Shown: piece after piece, positions 39,647 through 48,767 of the stretch | Numbering within the stretch: position 1 is the stretch's first letter | How the letters are laid out: each line of letters starts with the position of its first letter | NCBI GenBank assembly: GCA_041389025.1 | Contig: JAWKSP010000002.1 | Span: 184,079 to 248,078, forward strand | Origin: Minisyncoccota bacterium | Lineage (GTDB): Bacteria; Patescibacteriota; Minisyncoccia; Phycocordibacterales; UBA918 | Length of the DNA: 64,000 bases | Reading direction: 5' to 3' | Program-made: the position numbers and the translations under genes | Notes under the pieces: generated by a model | Databases searched by the model: none | What the model was told of the DNA's origin: nothing | What the model saw: the letters and a program-made list of their open reading frames with translations, nothing else

Positions 39647-41185
39647 TTGTTTATTTTATTAGCTGGTTTTTATATTTATTTTGTTATGAAAAAGAAAAAA
39701 AACAACCAACCGAACATCACTAAACGTCCACCAATAGTGGTGGTTATGGGTCATATCGACCACGGAAAATCGACTCTGCTCGACTACATAAGAAACAGTG
39801 ACGAAGTCGCCAAGGAAGCCGGAGGCATCACTCAACACCTCTCAGCTTACGTAGCAAACCACAAAACCAAAGAAGGTAACGAAGAATCCATCACCTTCCT
39901 TGATACTCCTGGACACGAAGCCTTTCAAAAAATGCGTCTTAGAGGAGCCGATGTCGCCGATATCGCTATCTTGGTAGTTTCCGCTGAGGATGGTGTAAAA
40001 CCACAAACTTTAGAGGCTTTAGAATCTATAAAACAAGCTAACATCCCTTACATAATAGCGATAAATAAAATCGATAAACCTGGCGCTGACATCACTCGTA
40101 CTCAAACCAGCCTAATCGAGAACGAAATATACATTGAAGGTATGGGGGGCGACATACCATGGGCACCAATCTCGGCTAAAACCGGTGAAGGTATTAACGA
40201 TCTTTTGGACTTAGTAGTCTTGGCCGCAGACTTGGCCGAGCTTAAAGGTGACTCCAATGCCGATGTGCGTGGGCAAGTAATTGAAGGTAAGGTAGATCCA
40301 AAACGTGGCAACACTGCTACCTTGATAATTAAAGACGGAACTTTAAAGAGCGGTTCATTTGTAGTGGCAGGAAAAGCTTTTGCTCCGGTAAGGATTATGG
40401 AAGATTTTCAAGGTAAAAGCTTAAAAGAAGCCAGTCTTTCCACTCCAGTTGGTATAGTTGGTTTCAATACTACCCCAACCGTCGGTAGTAGTTTTTATAC
40501 CGTAAGCACTAAAAAAGAAGCTGAGGCCGCTACCGAACAAGCCGATGGTAAAGAAAAAATCAAAATCAAAAACGACGCCAACCTACCGACTATTCCAATT
40601 CTTATCAAAGCCGGTACTCTTGGCTCTATCGACGCCATTGAGCATGAACTATCCAAATTTACTTCAGACCGTATTAATGTTCGTATCATCGACACCGGAG
40701 TTGGTGACATAACCGCCAACGACGTACAAAACGTCAGTGCTACCAAAGATGCTATTATCGTTGGTTTTGGTGTAAAAATTGAACGTCAAGCAACAGACTT
40801 AGCAGAAAGATTAAATGTAGAAATAGATACTTTTGACATAATTTACGAACTATCAGATTGGTTAAACACTGCTCTTAAAAACCGTACTCCTAAAAAAGAA
40901 GAGCAAGTCTTCACTGGTAAAGTAAAAATTCTAAAACACTTTAGTACTCAAAAAAATACCTACGTTTTAGGCGGAAGAATTGATGAAGGATATATTAAAT
41001 TAGGACAAAAAGTAAAGGTCTTAAGACGTGATATAGACTTAGGAAAAGGTACAGTTAAAAACCTTCAACAACAAAAATCAGACGTACAAAAAGTCGATGA
41101 GGGTGAATTTGGTATGCAAATCGAAACTAAAGTTGATATTGCTGCCGGTGACTACCTAGAGCCTTACGATTTAGTAATTACTTAA
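39647..41185 (+). CDS. infB: translation initiation factor IF-2 (compact form)
   Basis: G-domain VVVMGHIDHGKSTLLD, DTPGHEAF, NKID, then beta-barrel domains. Confidence 0.85.
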   Translation: MFILLAGFYIYFVMKKKKNNQPNITKRPPIVVVMGHIDHGKSTLLDYIRNSDEVAKEAGGITQHLSAYVANHKTKEGNEESITFLDTPGHEAFQKMRLRGADVADIAILVVSAEDGVKPQTLEALESIKQANIPYIIAINKIDKPGADITRTQTSLIENEIYIEGMGGDIPWAPISAKTGEGINDLLDLVVLAADLAELKGDSNADVRGQVIEGKVDPKRGNTATLIIKDGTLKSGSFVVAGKAFAPVRIMEDFQGKSLKEASLSTPVGIVGFNTTPTVGSSFYTVSTKKEAEAATEQADGKEKIKIKNDANLPTIPILIKAGTLGSIDAIEHELSKFTSDRINVRIIDTGVGDITANDVQNVSATKDAIIVGFGVKIERQATDLAERLNVEIDTFDIIYELSDWLNTALKNRTPKKEEQVFTGKVKILKHFSTQKNTYVLGGRIDEGYIKLGQKVKVLRRDIDLGKGTVKNLQQQKSDVQKVDEGEFGMQIETKVDIAAGDYLEPYDLVIT

Positions 41186-41194
41186 AACACACTT

Positions 41195-41527
41195 ATGTCA
41201 GACAGACACCAAAGAGTAGAGTCCTTAATTAGAGAGTTAGTTGCTAGCTACATCCAAAAAGAAGCCAATACCGATCCCCTTATTACCATAACCAGAGTCA
41301 CCTCTTCTCCGGACTATCGCCGCATGACCGCCTTTTTTACTACTATACCTGACGGACGAGAAGATGATGCTCTTATATTTCTAAAACGCACCGGTAGTGA
41401 CCTAAGAAGCTATATCAAGAAAAAAAGTAATTTGAAAATTATCCCTTTCTTAGAATTCAGCGTTGACTATGACGAACGTCACCGCCAGCATATTGATGAA
41501 ATCGCTCGAGATATTGAAGAAGAATAA
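41195..41527 (+). CDS. rbfA: ribosome-binding factor A
   Basis: 110 aa immediately downstream of infB; RVESLIRELVASYI KH-like fold signature; terminator hairpin at about 41533..41560. Confidence 0.65.
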   Translation: MSDRHQRVESLIRELVASYIQKEANTDPLITITRVTSSPDYRRMTAFFTTIPDGREDDALIFLKRTGSDLRSYIKKKSNLKIIPFLEFSVDYDERHRQHIDEIARDIEEE

Positions 41528-41568
41528 TTTTAAAGCGGATGACTTCGTCATCCGCTCTTTCTTGACAT

Positions 41569-42264
41569 TCACCTCCAGTCTATAAAACTTATAGTTGGAG
41601 GAATATTCAGTGGTGAATTGTATTTTTTCATTCCTGTAGTCAACTCAAGTTTGATATCACAACTAGGAAAATTTGTTTCTCTTACCCAGTCACACAAGGA
41701 ATTAAATAATCTTTTTCCTTCCTCTATTCCATTTATCCCTTGAACAGTAAAAACTGCATGTTCTTCCAAACCATTTACCGTTGACTTCTTTCTAGCAAGG
41801 AAATATATGCCATTTTCTACAAAAAAATCTACAATCTCATCTGATATGGAATTTCTAGGTACTGAAATATGAATATCCCAGACTTTATTCTCCTCATTAA
41901 GCTTTGACCTAAGTTTCTGAAACGGAAAATATTTTAACTTGAAAATTCTACTCGGAGTTATATGTACATCAGAAAGAATACACTCGCTATGCCAATACCC
42001 AACTGAATTTGTCTCAAGCATGATACCATCAACCAAAGATTCTAATCTCCTCAACTCAATGATGTCGTCAACCTTCTTTGATACATGAACAGCAATCAGA
42101 GGACAAGCGGTATAAAACCTTTGCGTATCTTCATTCATGATAATTCTCCTATCTACTAAATTATCATCAACAAAACCGATTTTTTTTAAAGCTGTACCAA
42201 CCACACTTCCATCGTCATTTTCTGTCGCAACATGCATATCATAAGTATACTTTTTATTACTCAT
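41569..42264 (-). CDS. hypothetical protein
   Basis: 231 aa, divergent from an HTH regulator gene. Confidence 0.35.
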   Translation of the reverse strand: MSNKKYTYDMHVATENDDGSVVGTALKKIGFVDDNLVDRRIIMNEDTQRFYTACPLIAVHVSKKVDDIIELRRLESLVDGIMLETNSVGYWHSECILSDVHITPSRIFKLKYFPFQKLRSKLNEENKVWDIHISVPRNSISDEIVDFFVENGIYFLARKKSTVNGLEEHAVFTVQGINGIEEGKRLFNSLCDWVRETNFPSCDIKLELTTGMKKYNSPLNIPPTISFIDWR

Positions 42265-42391
42265 ATCATCCTCACTTTTATAAAATTACTTCCACTCATG
42301 ACTTTACAAAACCATTATAGTTTTGTACAATCTTTCACATAATTTGTGATGAAAATCATAGAAAACATTAGGCATAACTAAAAATATTCAC

Positions 42392-43117
42392 ATGAAAATA
42401 CTTGAAGAAATAGGACTAACAAAAACAGAAGCTAGGATATATGAGCACTTGCTACGTCTGGGTGAGTCTCCTGTAAGTTCCCTGCAAAAATCCTTAGATA
42501 CCCATCCGCAAATTATATACAGGACGATCGATAATCTGACCAAGAAAGATTTAGTAACAGTCGTCAATAAAAAGAACAAAAAATTTGTTATTCCAGAACA
42601 CCCCAAAAAATTGGAAGAGCTAGAAAAAGAAAAACTTAACAAACTTAAAAACAGTCTTCCTGAACTGATAGATATCATGAACAAAACAGAAAGTACGTTA
42701 GTAAAAACTAGCGTAGGTTTTGAAGCTATCCGGTCGTTTCGTAGAATGGCCATCAATGAACTCAAAAGGAGTGAGACTTTATATATTATTGGTGGATCGG
42801 GAGACAGGTTTTATGATGTAATGGGAGATGATTATGAAGAGATTGAAAACAAACGAATCAAAAAGAAAATAAATAAAAAACTTTTAGCTTTCTCTCAAGA
42901 GAAAGAAAAGTTTAATCAAGACACAAACAGACTACATACGGACTTTCGATATTTTTCTTCCAATCACCCCACTCTGTCCAGCATTAATATCTTTAATGAC
43001 CATGTTGGAATCATAATATGGTCAACCGAACCAATTCTAATCCACATAAACAGTCATGAGGTTGCCAATTCCTACAAGCACTACTTTAATGAACTGTGGC
43101 TAAACAGCACAAACTAG
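42392..43117 (+). CDS. TrmB-like HTH transcriptional regulator
   Basis: N-terminal GLTKTEARIYEHLLRLGESPVSSLQKSL winged helix. Confidence 0.45.
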   Translation: MKILEEIGLTKTEARIYEHLLRLGESPVSSLQKSLDTHPQIIYRTIDNLTKKDLVTVVNKKNKKFVIPEHPKKLEELEKEKLNKLKNSLPELIDIMNKTESTLVKTSVGFEAIRSFRRMAINELKRSETLYIIGGSGDRFYDVMGDDYEEIENKRIKKKINKKLLAFSQEKEKFNQDTNRLHTDFRYFSSNHPTLSSINIFNDHVGIIIWSTEPILIHINSHEVANSYKHYFNELWLNSTN

Positions 43118-43200
43118 ACATAACGTTTGCATGAAAAAACCTTTCAGGTCAACACTTTCCTTACCACCACAATAATGCTAAAGTATTGGTTACTTTAATA

Positions 43201-43272
43201 GTCCTGGTGGCGAAGTGGTAACGCTGCGGTCTGCAAAACCGCCATGCGCGGGTTCGATTCCCGCCCAGGACT
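43201..43272 (+). tRNA. tRNA-Cys (anticodon GCA)
   Basis: Acceptor GTCCTGG/CCAGGAC, anticodon loop CTGCAAA, T-arm GCGGGTTCGATTCCCGC. Confidence 0.75.
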
Positions 43273-43322
43273 CACGGAGGAAAATTACACTTTCAGTGTA
43301 ATTTTCCTCCGTGAGTCCTGGG
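43264..43322. repeat. 27-bp perfect inverted repeat whose left arm is the 3' end of tRNA-Cys
   Basis: cccaggactcacggaggaaaattacac-tttca-gtgtaattttcctccgtgagtcctggg. Confidence 0.6.
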
Positions 43323-43329
43323 AGCAAAG

Positions 43330-43480
43330 TATTTTAATACTTTGCGTCGGGAATCGAAAAGCGAACGATCTGAGTCGCTTCTTCCTAAAGCGACGAAGCA
43401 GTGAGCTGTGGTCAAGCGAGTGAAATATTTTCATGTTTTAGAACATGAAAATATCCACGAGAGTGACCGATTCCTTTCCA
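43330..43480. repeat. diverged repeat R1 (related to 43808..43945), ending in a tRNA-3'-end-like segment
   Basis: Shared blocks cgggaatcgaaaagcg / cgggaattgaaaagcg, gagtcgct / gagtcgact, gtgaccgattcc / gtgaccaattcc; internal hairpins. Confidence 0.4.
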
Positions 43481-43675
43481 GCAAAACTCGAAACACTAAG
43501 TAACAACATACTCGACAGTATATTCGTTATCTATTGTAAGATTTAGTGGAGTTATTACATACCAACGTGGTGTAATCAGTAGATCACACTGTCCTAGAGA
43601 CATTCCTATAGGGACTTAAAGAAAGTCCCGTGACTAATTATATTATTTAGAGTAGGATTCAAAAAAAATATTAAT

Positions 43676-43765
43676 GCCGAGGTGGTGGAATCGGTAGACA
43701 CGAAGGACTTAAAATCCTTTGCCTATTTATACGGCGTGCGGGTTCAATTCCCGCCCTCGGCACCA
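43676..43765 (+). tRNA. tRNA-Leu (anticodon TAA)
   Basis: Acceptor GCCGAGG/CCTCGGC, anticodon loop CTTAAAA, long variable arm, encoded CCA. Confidence 0.75.
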
Positions 43766-43807
43766 AATTAAAAAGTAACAACTTCTTGTTGTTGCTTTTT
43801 AATTTAC

Positions 43808-43945
43808 GTAGTCAGAATGACGGGAATTGAAAAGCGTAATTTTAATTCGAATACTTGGAGTATTAAAATAGCTGGGGTCGAGGAGCTTAGTACTTTTTGG
43901 AGTCGACTAAGACGAACAAAAATACTTAGCGAGGTGACCAATTCC
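43808..43945. repeat. diverged repeat R2, ending in ccaattcccgcccttagcac (near-copy of the tRNA-Leu-TAA 3' end)
   Basis: The 3' end matches 43745..43763 (caattcccgccctcggcac) at about 17/19 positions. Confidence 0.45.
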
Positions 43946-44371
43946 CGCCCTTAGCACAAAAAAACAACGAGTCTACTTTGGTTGGACTCGTTGTTTGTAT
44001 TCTAAAGCTAGAATTTAGTGTAATGATATAATCTTTTCCGACAATACTCGCAGTCACTGATGGTAAGTTTGGTAGACCAATCCAAACCATAGTCACCGTC
44101 TGATTTATATAATCCAAGAAAACATAAAGCTCTTCGAGAAAGTAAAATAGACAACATACCCCGTATCTTCAAAAATAAGTTAGTTAATATTCCTTTAATA
44201 TTCATCAGATATGTTCCTCCATAAAGATAAAAACAACATTATACCCAGTAAACAATATAAAACTTTTTACTTTGAAGGACAACCTCATCGCCGTTAAATT
44301 TAAATCATCTAAATAAACAATTTTACGGCTTGTTTTTGACTACAAACTATTGTAAACTCATCGACACACAC

Positions 44372-44444
44372 CCACCCTTAGCTCAGTTGGTAGAGCAGCT
44401 CCCTCTTAAGGAGACGGTCCAAGGTTCGAGCCCTTGAGGGTGGA
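44372..44444 (+). tRNA. tRNA-Lys (anticodon CTT)
   Basis: Acceptor CCACCCT/AGGGTGG, D-arm GCTCAGTTGGTAGAGC, anticodon loop CTCTTAA, T-arm CAAGGTTCGAGCCCTTG. Confidence 0.6.
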
Positions 44445-44556
44445 CGCGAGTAAAACAAACTTCTCACTTTAAAAAGACAAGGAAGTTTGTTTTAATTTCG
44501 CGTCCGAGGCGTAACGATGTATTCTGCTCTACCTAGGCAGAAAACAGTAGAAGTGG

Positions 44557-45267
44557 CTATGAAAAATCACTTATATTATTCTCAATCTTTTCTACCACCT
44601 CAACCAAAGTCTCTAATAGATATAAATCTACAATTTTCTCGTAACCTTCTCGGTTAAAATGAATTCCATCACTTATCTTGTTATTTTTATCCAGAAAAAC
44701 TTCTGAAGTCATAAAAGGTAAAAGTAATATTTTGTGTTTTTTAGACAACTCCTCATACATAGAGTTAAACTTTTCTACATAACCAAGACCGGAAGTAATC
44801 GGTGCTTTCATTTGTAGCAATATCACCACTGGTGCATTTTCACCAGCTTTTAATGACAAAATAGTTTGGTCTAAGTTGTTATAAGTTTGGTCAAGATCAA
44901 TTGACCGAAGCGCGTCATTGCCACCGATACCCAACAATACAATATTCGGCTCTTGAGCTTTAATATCATCAACTCGAGCTAATACCTCACCAGCCACGTC
45001 CCCGTTTACTCCCTCGTTTACAACCAATACATTTAAGCCCAGACCTTTGAGTTTCGTCTCCAATATTGACGGGTAACTATCTTCTTTTGATAACCCATAG
45101 CCAGCGGTCAGACTATCGCCCAGAGCAATTATTTTTATTCCTTCACTTGGATTGGGTACCACGTGTTCAATGTCAGAAATCATAAACCCTGAATCATCCT
45201 TTAAAATAAAAAAGCTAACTATAAATAAAAATAGTGAAGCTAATATTATTAAGTGACTTTTCTTCAT
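44557..45267 (-). CDS. SGNH/GDSL-family hydrolase (lipase/esterase)
   Basis: Signal or TM N-terminus; GDSL block IIALGDSLTAGYG; GGNDAL block. Confidence 0.75.
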   Translation of the reverse strand: MKKSHLIILASLFLFIVSFFILKDDSGFMISDIEHVVPNPSEGIKIIALGDSLTAGYGLSKEDSYPSILETKLKGLGLNVLVVNEGVNGDVAGEVLARVDDIKAQEPNIVLLGIGGNDALRSIDLDQTYNNLDQTILSLKAGENAPVVILLQMKAPITSGLGYVEKFNSMYEELSKKHKILLLPFMTSEVFLDKNNKISDGIHFNREGYEKIVDLYLLETLVEVVEKIENNISDFS

Positions 45268-45347
45268 TATTCATAGTGTATCACTTATTTTATCTTTTAT
45301 TGTGAACTTCCGTAACTACATTATAGTGTTTTAAATTAGCTTTTTAT

Positions 45348-45376
45348 TTAGACAAATATCCTTTTTATGCTATACT
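45348..45376 (+). promoter_or_regulatory. sigma-70-like promoter TTAGAC-17-TATACT upstream of tRNA-Leu-TAG
   Basis: Hexamers and spacing read from the sequence. Confidence 0.4.
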
Positions 45377-45394
45377 CTCCTTCACATCCCAAAT

Positions 45395-45476
45395 GCGCGG
45401 GTGGCGAAATTGGTAGACGCGTTAGTCTTAGGAACTAATAGAGCAATCTGTGGAGGTTCAAGTCCTCTCCCGCGCA
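45395..45476 (+). tRNA. tRNA-Leu (anticodon TAG)
   Basis: Acceptor GCGCGGG/CCCGCGC, anticodon loop CTTAGGA, long variable arm. Confidence 0.75.
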
Positions 45477-45703
45477 CTAGTATAAAAATCAGCTTGACGA
45501 TTAGTCGGGCGATTTTTGTTAGTGCGCGGGAAGAAAGCAAACTACTTTGCTTTCGTGAGGGCTTGAAGACCGGAACGATGCCGCAGGCAAGTGAGGTGGG
45601 GTCGAGAAAATTTTGCTTTGCAAAATTATTCGTGACCAAGTCCTCTCCCGCGCACTAATATAAGAAATCAGTTCGACGAATAATCGGGTTTTTAATTTTA
45701 CTT
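45461..45703. repeat. direct repeat of the tRNA-Leu-TAG 3' end plus about 40 nt of downstream sequence (copy 1 at 45461..45517, copy 2 at 45639..45703)
   Basis: agtcctctcccgcgcacta(g/a)tataa(a/g)aatcag(c/t)t(t/c)gacga(t/a)ta(g/a)tcggg...ttttt, about 85% identity; a second acceptor-like gcgcggg lies at about 45524. Confidence 0.55.
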
Positions 45704-46174
45704 AAACCACCTCTCCCGCAACCAAGAAAGAACTCTTTTCATCTCATCTTCATTTAATTTCTCTCTCTTATCAGAATCAATATTGTTTTCTAGTGATTTA
45801 TTTAAAGCAGGATACCAACCTCCGGGACTTTCAAAATCCCCTTCAACACGCGGAATTATATGTAGATGCAAGTGCAAAACCGTCTGTCCCGCCGACTTAC
45901 CGTCTTGAATCGTCCAATCAAAACCGGTAGCTTTAAATTCTTTTACAATAAAATTGGTAACTTTTCTGGAAAAAGAAAAGAAATACTGGACTTGCGTTTC
46001 CGACAAATCATTTAGCGAGGTATGTTTCTGCTTCGGTAGGACAAGCACATGCCCGGGCACAATAGGAGCAATATTGTAGATAGCCAGACAATCATCTGAT
46101 TCTACAAACACACTATGTGTTACATCAAAATTCCCAAATCTATAATTTTTATCATTCATGTTACTTGCCACCAA
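45698..46174 (-). CDS. HIT-family (histidine triad) nucleotide hydrolase
   Basis: HLHLHIIPR histidine-triad motif. Confidence 0.8.
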   Translation of the reverse strand: MVASNMNDKNYRFGNFDVTHSVFVESDDCLAIYNIAPIVPGHVLVLPKQKHTSLNDLSETQVQYFFSFSRKVTNFIVKEFKATGFDWTIQDGKSAGQTVLHLHLHIIPRVEGDFESPGGWYPALNKSLENNIDSDKREKLNEDEMKRVLSWLRERWFK

Positions 46175-47327
46175 ACTCCCTCACCAACTTCACAAACACC
46201 GCATCAGTCCAACCAAACCCTTCTTGCGTCGGATATCGACCACTTTTTCCCACGTCAACTTTCACTACATTATATTTTTCCCAGAAAGTACCGGTTTTTT
46301 CGAAAACTTTACGATTTGTTTCAAGCCATTTTTTGGCCAGTCTCTCAGCTTCTTCTCTAAATCCATAACTTAAAAGTCCCTTGACAACTATCCACTGTTG
46401 ATTGGCCCAACCGTTTGGATAATCCCATTGCTTGTAGTCGCCCGACAACCCATCTTTTTGAGTGCTAGCCAACCCACCTTTACACTCAAACATTTTAATA
46501 TTTTCCAAAACTTTTTTAGCTTGACTTTTAGTGGCTAAGCCGGCCCATAGCGGATAAAATCCGGAAATTGCCCAAAAGTCGCTTTGTCGTTTGTTTACAT
46601 AATCGTAATCAAAGAAAAAACCTTTTTCGTTATCCCACATTAGTTTGTTTATAGTTTCTTTACGTTTCTTGGCACGCTCTCTGTATTTTTTTACCTTGTC
46701 TTTATCAGCTAAAATTTTGTATATAAAAGCTAAATCAACTTCATATTTGTACAGAAGACTATTTAAATCAACCGGTAAAAAATCCATGCATCTTTTATCA
46801 AAACGTGAAGTCATGTCCCAACCCGACTCATGCTCGGCTGTGTCGTCAGTATGGAGATGGTCACAATATCTAGACAAACCTTTATGTACTTTATGAACTT
46901 TCTTGCTGTCTACCCAATATTTATTTAATTCTTTTTCCGCTACTTTAGCTACGTATTCTAACCATTTTTTATCTTTGGTTTTGTTGTATACCTCTAAAAT
47001 CATTGAAGTGAGGAAAGGTGGTTGAGAAGTGCCCAAGTTGTAATAGCGGTTACGCGACGGCACGATACCAAAACGGTTACATAAGTAAACCAAATTATTT
47101 ACCATACCCTTAGCCATTTCTATCTGATCTGTTTCCACCAACCCAAGGATAATAAAATAACTGTCCCAATAAAACTGGTCATTGTCGTATATACCGGATG
47201 AAGCGGACGGGGCGATAAAAGGGTTTGGTAGACCAAGATGAATACCTTGGTCTTCAGGGAGATAGAAAGTTAATTCTTCTTGGTGGCTTTCAATATATTC
47301 AAGACATTTTTTGTATTTTGTCTTCAT
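46161..47327 (-). CDS. trehalase-like glycoside hydrolase (GH37-like)
   Basis: QFYWDSYF (trehalase signature 1-like), ESGWDMTSRF, QWDYPNGWANQQW (signature 2-like). Confidence 0.6.
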   Translation of the reverse strand: MKTKYKKCLEYIESHQEELTFYLPEDQGIHLGLPNPFIAPSASSGIYDNDQFYWDSYFIILGLVETDQIEMAKGMVNNLVYLCNRFGIVPSRNRYYNLGTSQPPFLTSMILEVYNKTKDKKWLEYVAKVAEKELNKYWVDSKKVHKVHKGLSRYCDHLHTDDTAEHESGWDMTSRFDKRCMDFLPVDLNSLLYKYEVDLAFIYKILADKDKVKKYRERAKKRKETINKLMWDNEKGFFFDYDYVNKRQSDFWAISGFYPLWAGLATKSQAKKVLENIKMFECKGGLASTQKDGLSGDYKQWDYPNGWANQQWIVVKGLLSYGFREEAERLAKKWLETNRKVFEKTGTFWEKYNVVKVDVGKSGRYPTQEGFGWTDAVFVKLVREFGGK

Positions 47328-47406
47328 TAGTTACCATTATACAATATAGGACAGTGTGACCAAGTGAAAAGGCCGGAAAGCTTTGCTTTCCGGCCTTTTC
47401 ACTTGG

Positions 47407-48441
47407 TCACACTGCTCGCAACCTCGCCTTTTTAAACTGTCTACCTCTAAAATAGCGATTGTAGTAGCGAGCAAAGGTTTTCTTAAAACCTGCCGGAAGC
47501 TTGTCGGTAAGCCCACACCACCGCGAACAATAACCCTCTCGCTTTCTCACACAATCGTCACACCCAAGGTACAGCACATGACAAATTTGATTCTTGCAGT
47601 GATAATGAGTGTCGCTCTTGCTCCTCCCACAAAGATGACAATGAGAAATTATCTCGTCACCGATTTTCTCACCTAGTCTCTCATCAAAGACAAAGTTTTT
47701 ACCGTAAAATTTGTTTTCCAAACCTTCATTTTCTACCTGATGCTTGTAGTCAATAATTCCCCCTTTTAAATGCTTCACATTCTTAAAACCATTATGTTTC
47801 AGCCAAGCACTCGCCTTTTCACAACGAATCCCGCCGGTACAATAAAGAGCAATCTTCTTATCTTTATGCTTCTCAAGCAAAGCAGGTGTGACTGCTAGCT
47901 CTTCACGAAAAGTGTCTACGTCAGGTGTAACAGCGCGAGCAAAATGGCCCACTTCACTTTCATAAGCATTTCTCATATCGACGATCACAGCGTTCGGATC
48001 GTCTATGTATTGGTTCATCTCCTTGGCAGTTAGATATTCACCGGTATTAGTAACATCAAAGGTAGAGTCATCCAAACCGTCAGCTACAATCTTTGACCTA
48101 ACTTTAATGGTTAGTTTGTAAAAAGACGATTCTTTCCCCTCTTCAACCGCTATTTTGTACGGCACATCAGTGAGCTCGGGCTGAGCTTGCACCCAACTAT
48201 CAAACTCCTGCCAGTTTTCGGTCGGTACGTTCATTTGTGCATTTATACCTTCATGAGCGACATAGATACGCCCTAAACAGCCTAGTTCTAGGCACTTTTC
48301 CAGCAACCTTTCACGAAACTCTTCCGGTTCAGCAACTTTTACATAACGATAAAAGGACACGGTGGTACGCGGTCGTTTATCAGCCAAAACCGCCTCTTTT
48401 TTCTCAAGGCGCGAGCGCAAATCTTTAGCAATTTTTCCCAT
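47407..48441 (-). CDS. trhO: rhodanese-domain tRNA uridine(34) hydroxylase-like protein (TrhO/YceA family) with a Cys-rich C-terminal extension
   Basis: Rhodanese active-site loop YCTGGIRCEK; C-terminal CHLCGRS...HCKNQICH...CDDC...CSRWCG zinc-ribbon-like segment. Confidence 0.6.
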   Translation of the reverse strand: MGKIAKDLRSRLEKKEAVLADKRPRTTVSFYRYVKVAEPEEFRERLLEKCLELGCLGRIYVAHEGINAQMNVPTENWQEFDSWVQAQPELTDVPYKIAVEEGKESSFYKLTIKVRSKIVADGLDDSTFDVTNTGEYLTAKEMNQYIDDPNAVIVDMRNAYESEVGHFARAVTPDVDTFREELAVTPALLEKHKDKKIALYCTGGIRCEKASAWLKHNGFKNVKHLKGGIIDYKHQVENEGLENKFYGKNFVFDERLGEKIGDEIISHCHLCGRSKSDTHYHCKNQICHVLYLGCDDCVRKREGYCSRWCGLTDKLPAGFKKTFARYYNRYFRGRQFKKARLRAV

Positions 48442-48767
48442 AACAATTACAACTTAAAGTATGCAAAATGGTACCAGAGAGACCAGATATAGGCAAATTT
48501 TGCATAATACTTTAGAAAATTATGAAATGTATGTAACAGAGGTGGTAAAGTAAAATGAGGGGCAAAACCTTCGGTTTTGCCCCTCATTTTATCTTGTCAC
48601 CTCACTCCACACCCCGACACCAAAACCACCAAATCTAACCAAAATCCTTGATTTTTTATGGATTTTATGGTATTGTATTAAACAGCAAAATTTATGTGGT
48701 TAAGCTGACTTTTGTCAGCATACTCACATCTTTAGATCTTTAAATTCAACTTAAAAGGAGATTTCAA

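Noticed and set aside
43560-43640. Possible RNase P RNA or tmRNA in the ORF-free tRNA-rich stretch (gaaagtcccg motif)
   Set aside because: Only one short P4-like strand is present, and no complementary ACAGAAcCCGG partner or tmRNA tag-reading frame was found. A covariance-model scan would be needed to settle this.
43926-44205. Two small minus-strand ORFs (63 and 65 aa) between tRNA-Leu-TAA and tRNA-Lys
   Set aside because: They have no RBS, overlap hairpins and repeats, and lie in a tRNA-rich non-coding stretch. They are more likely non-coding.
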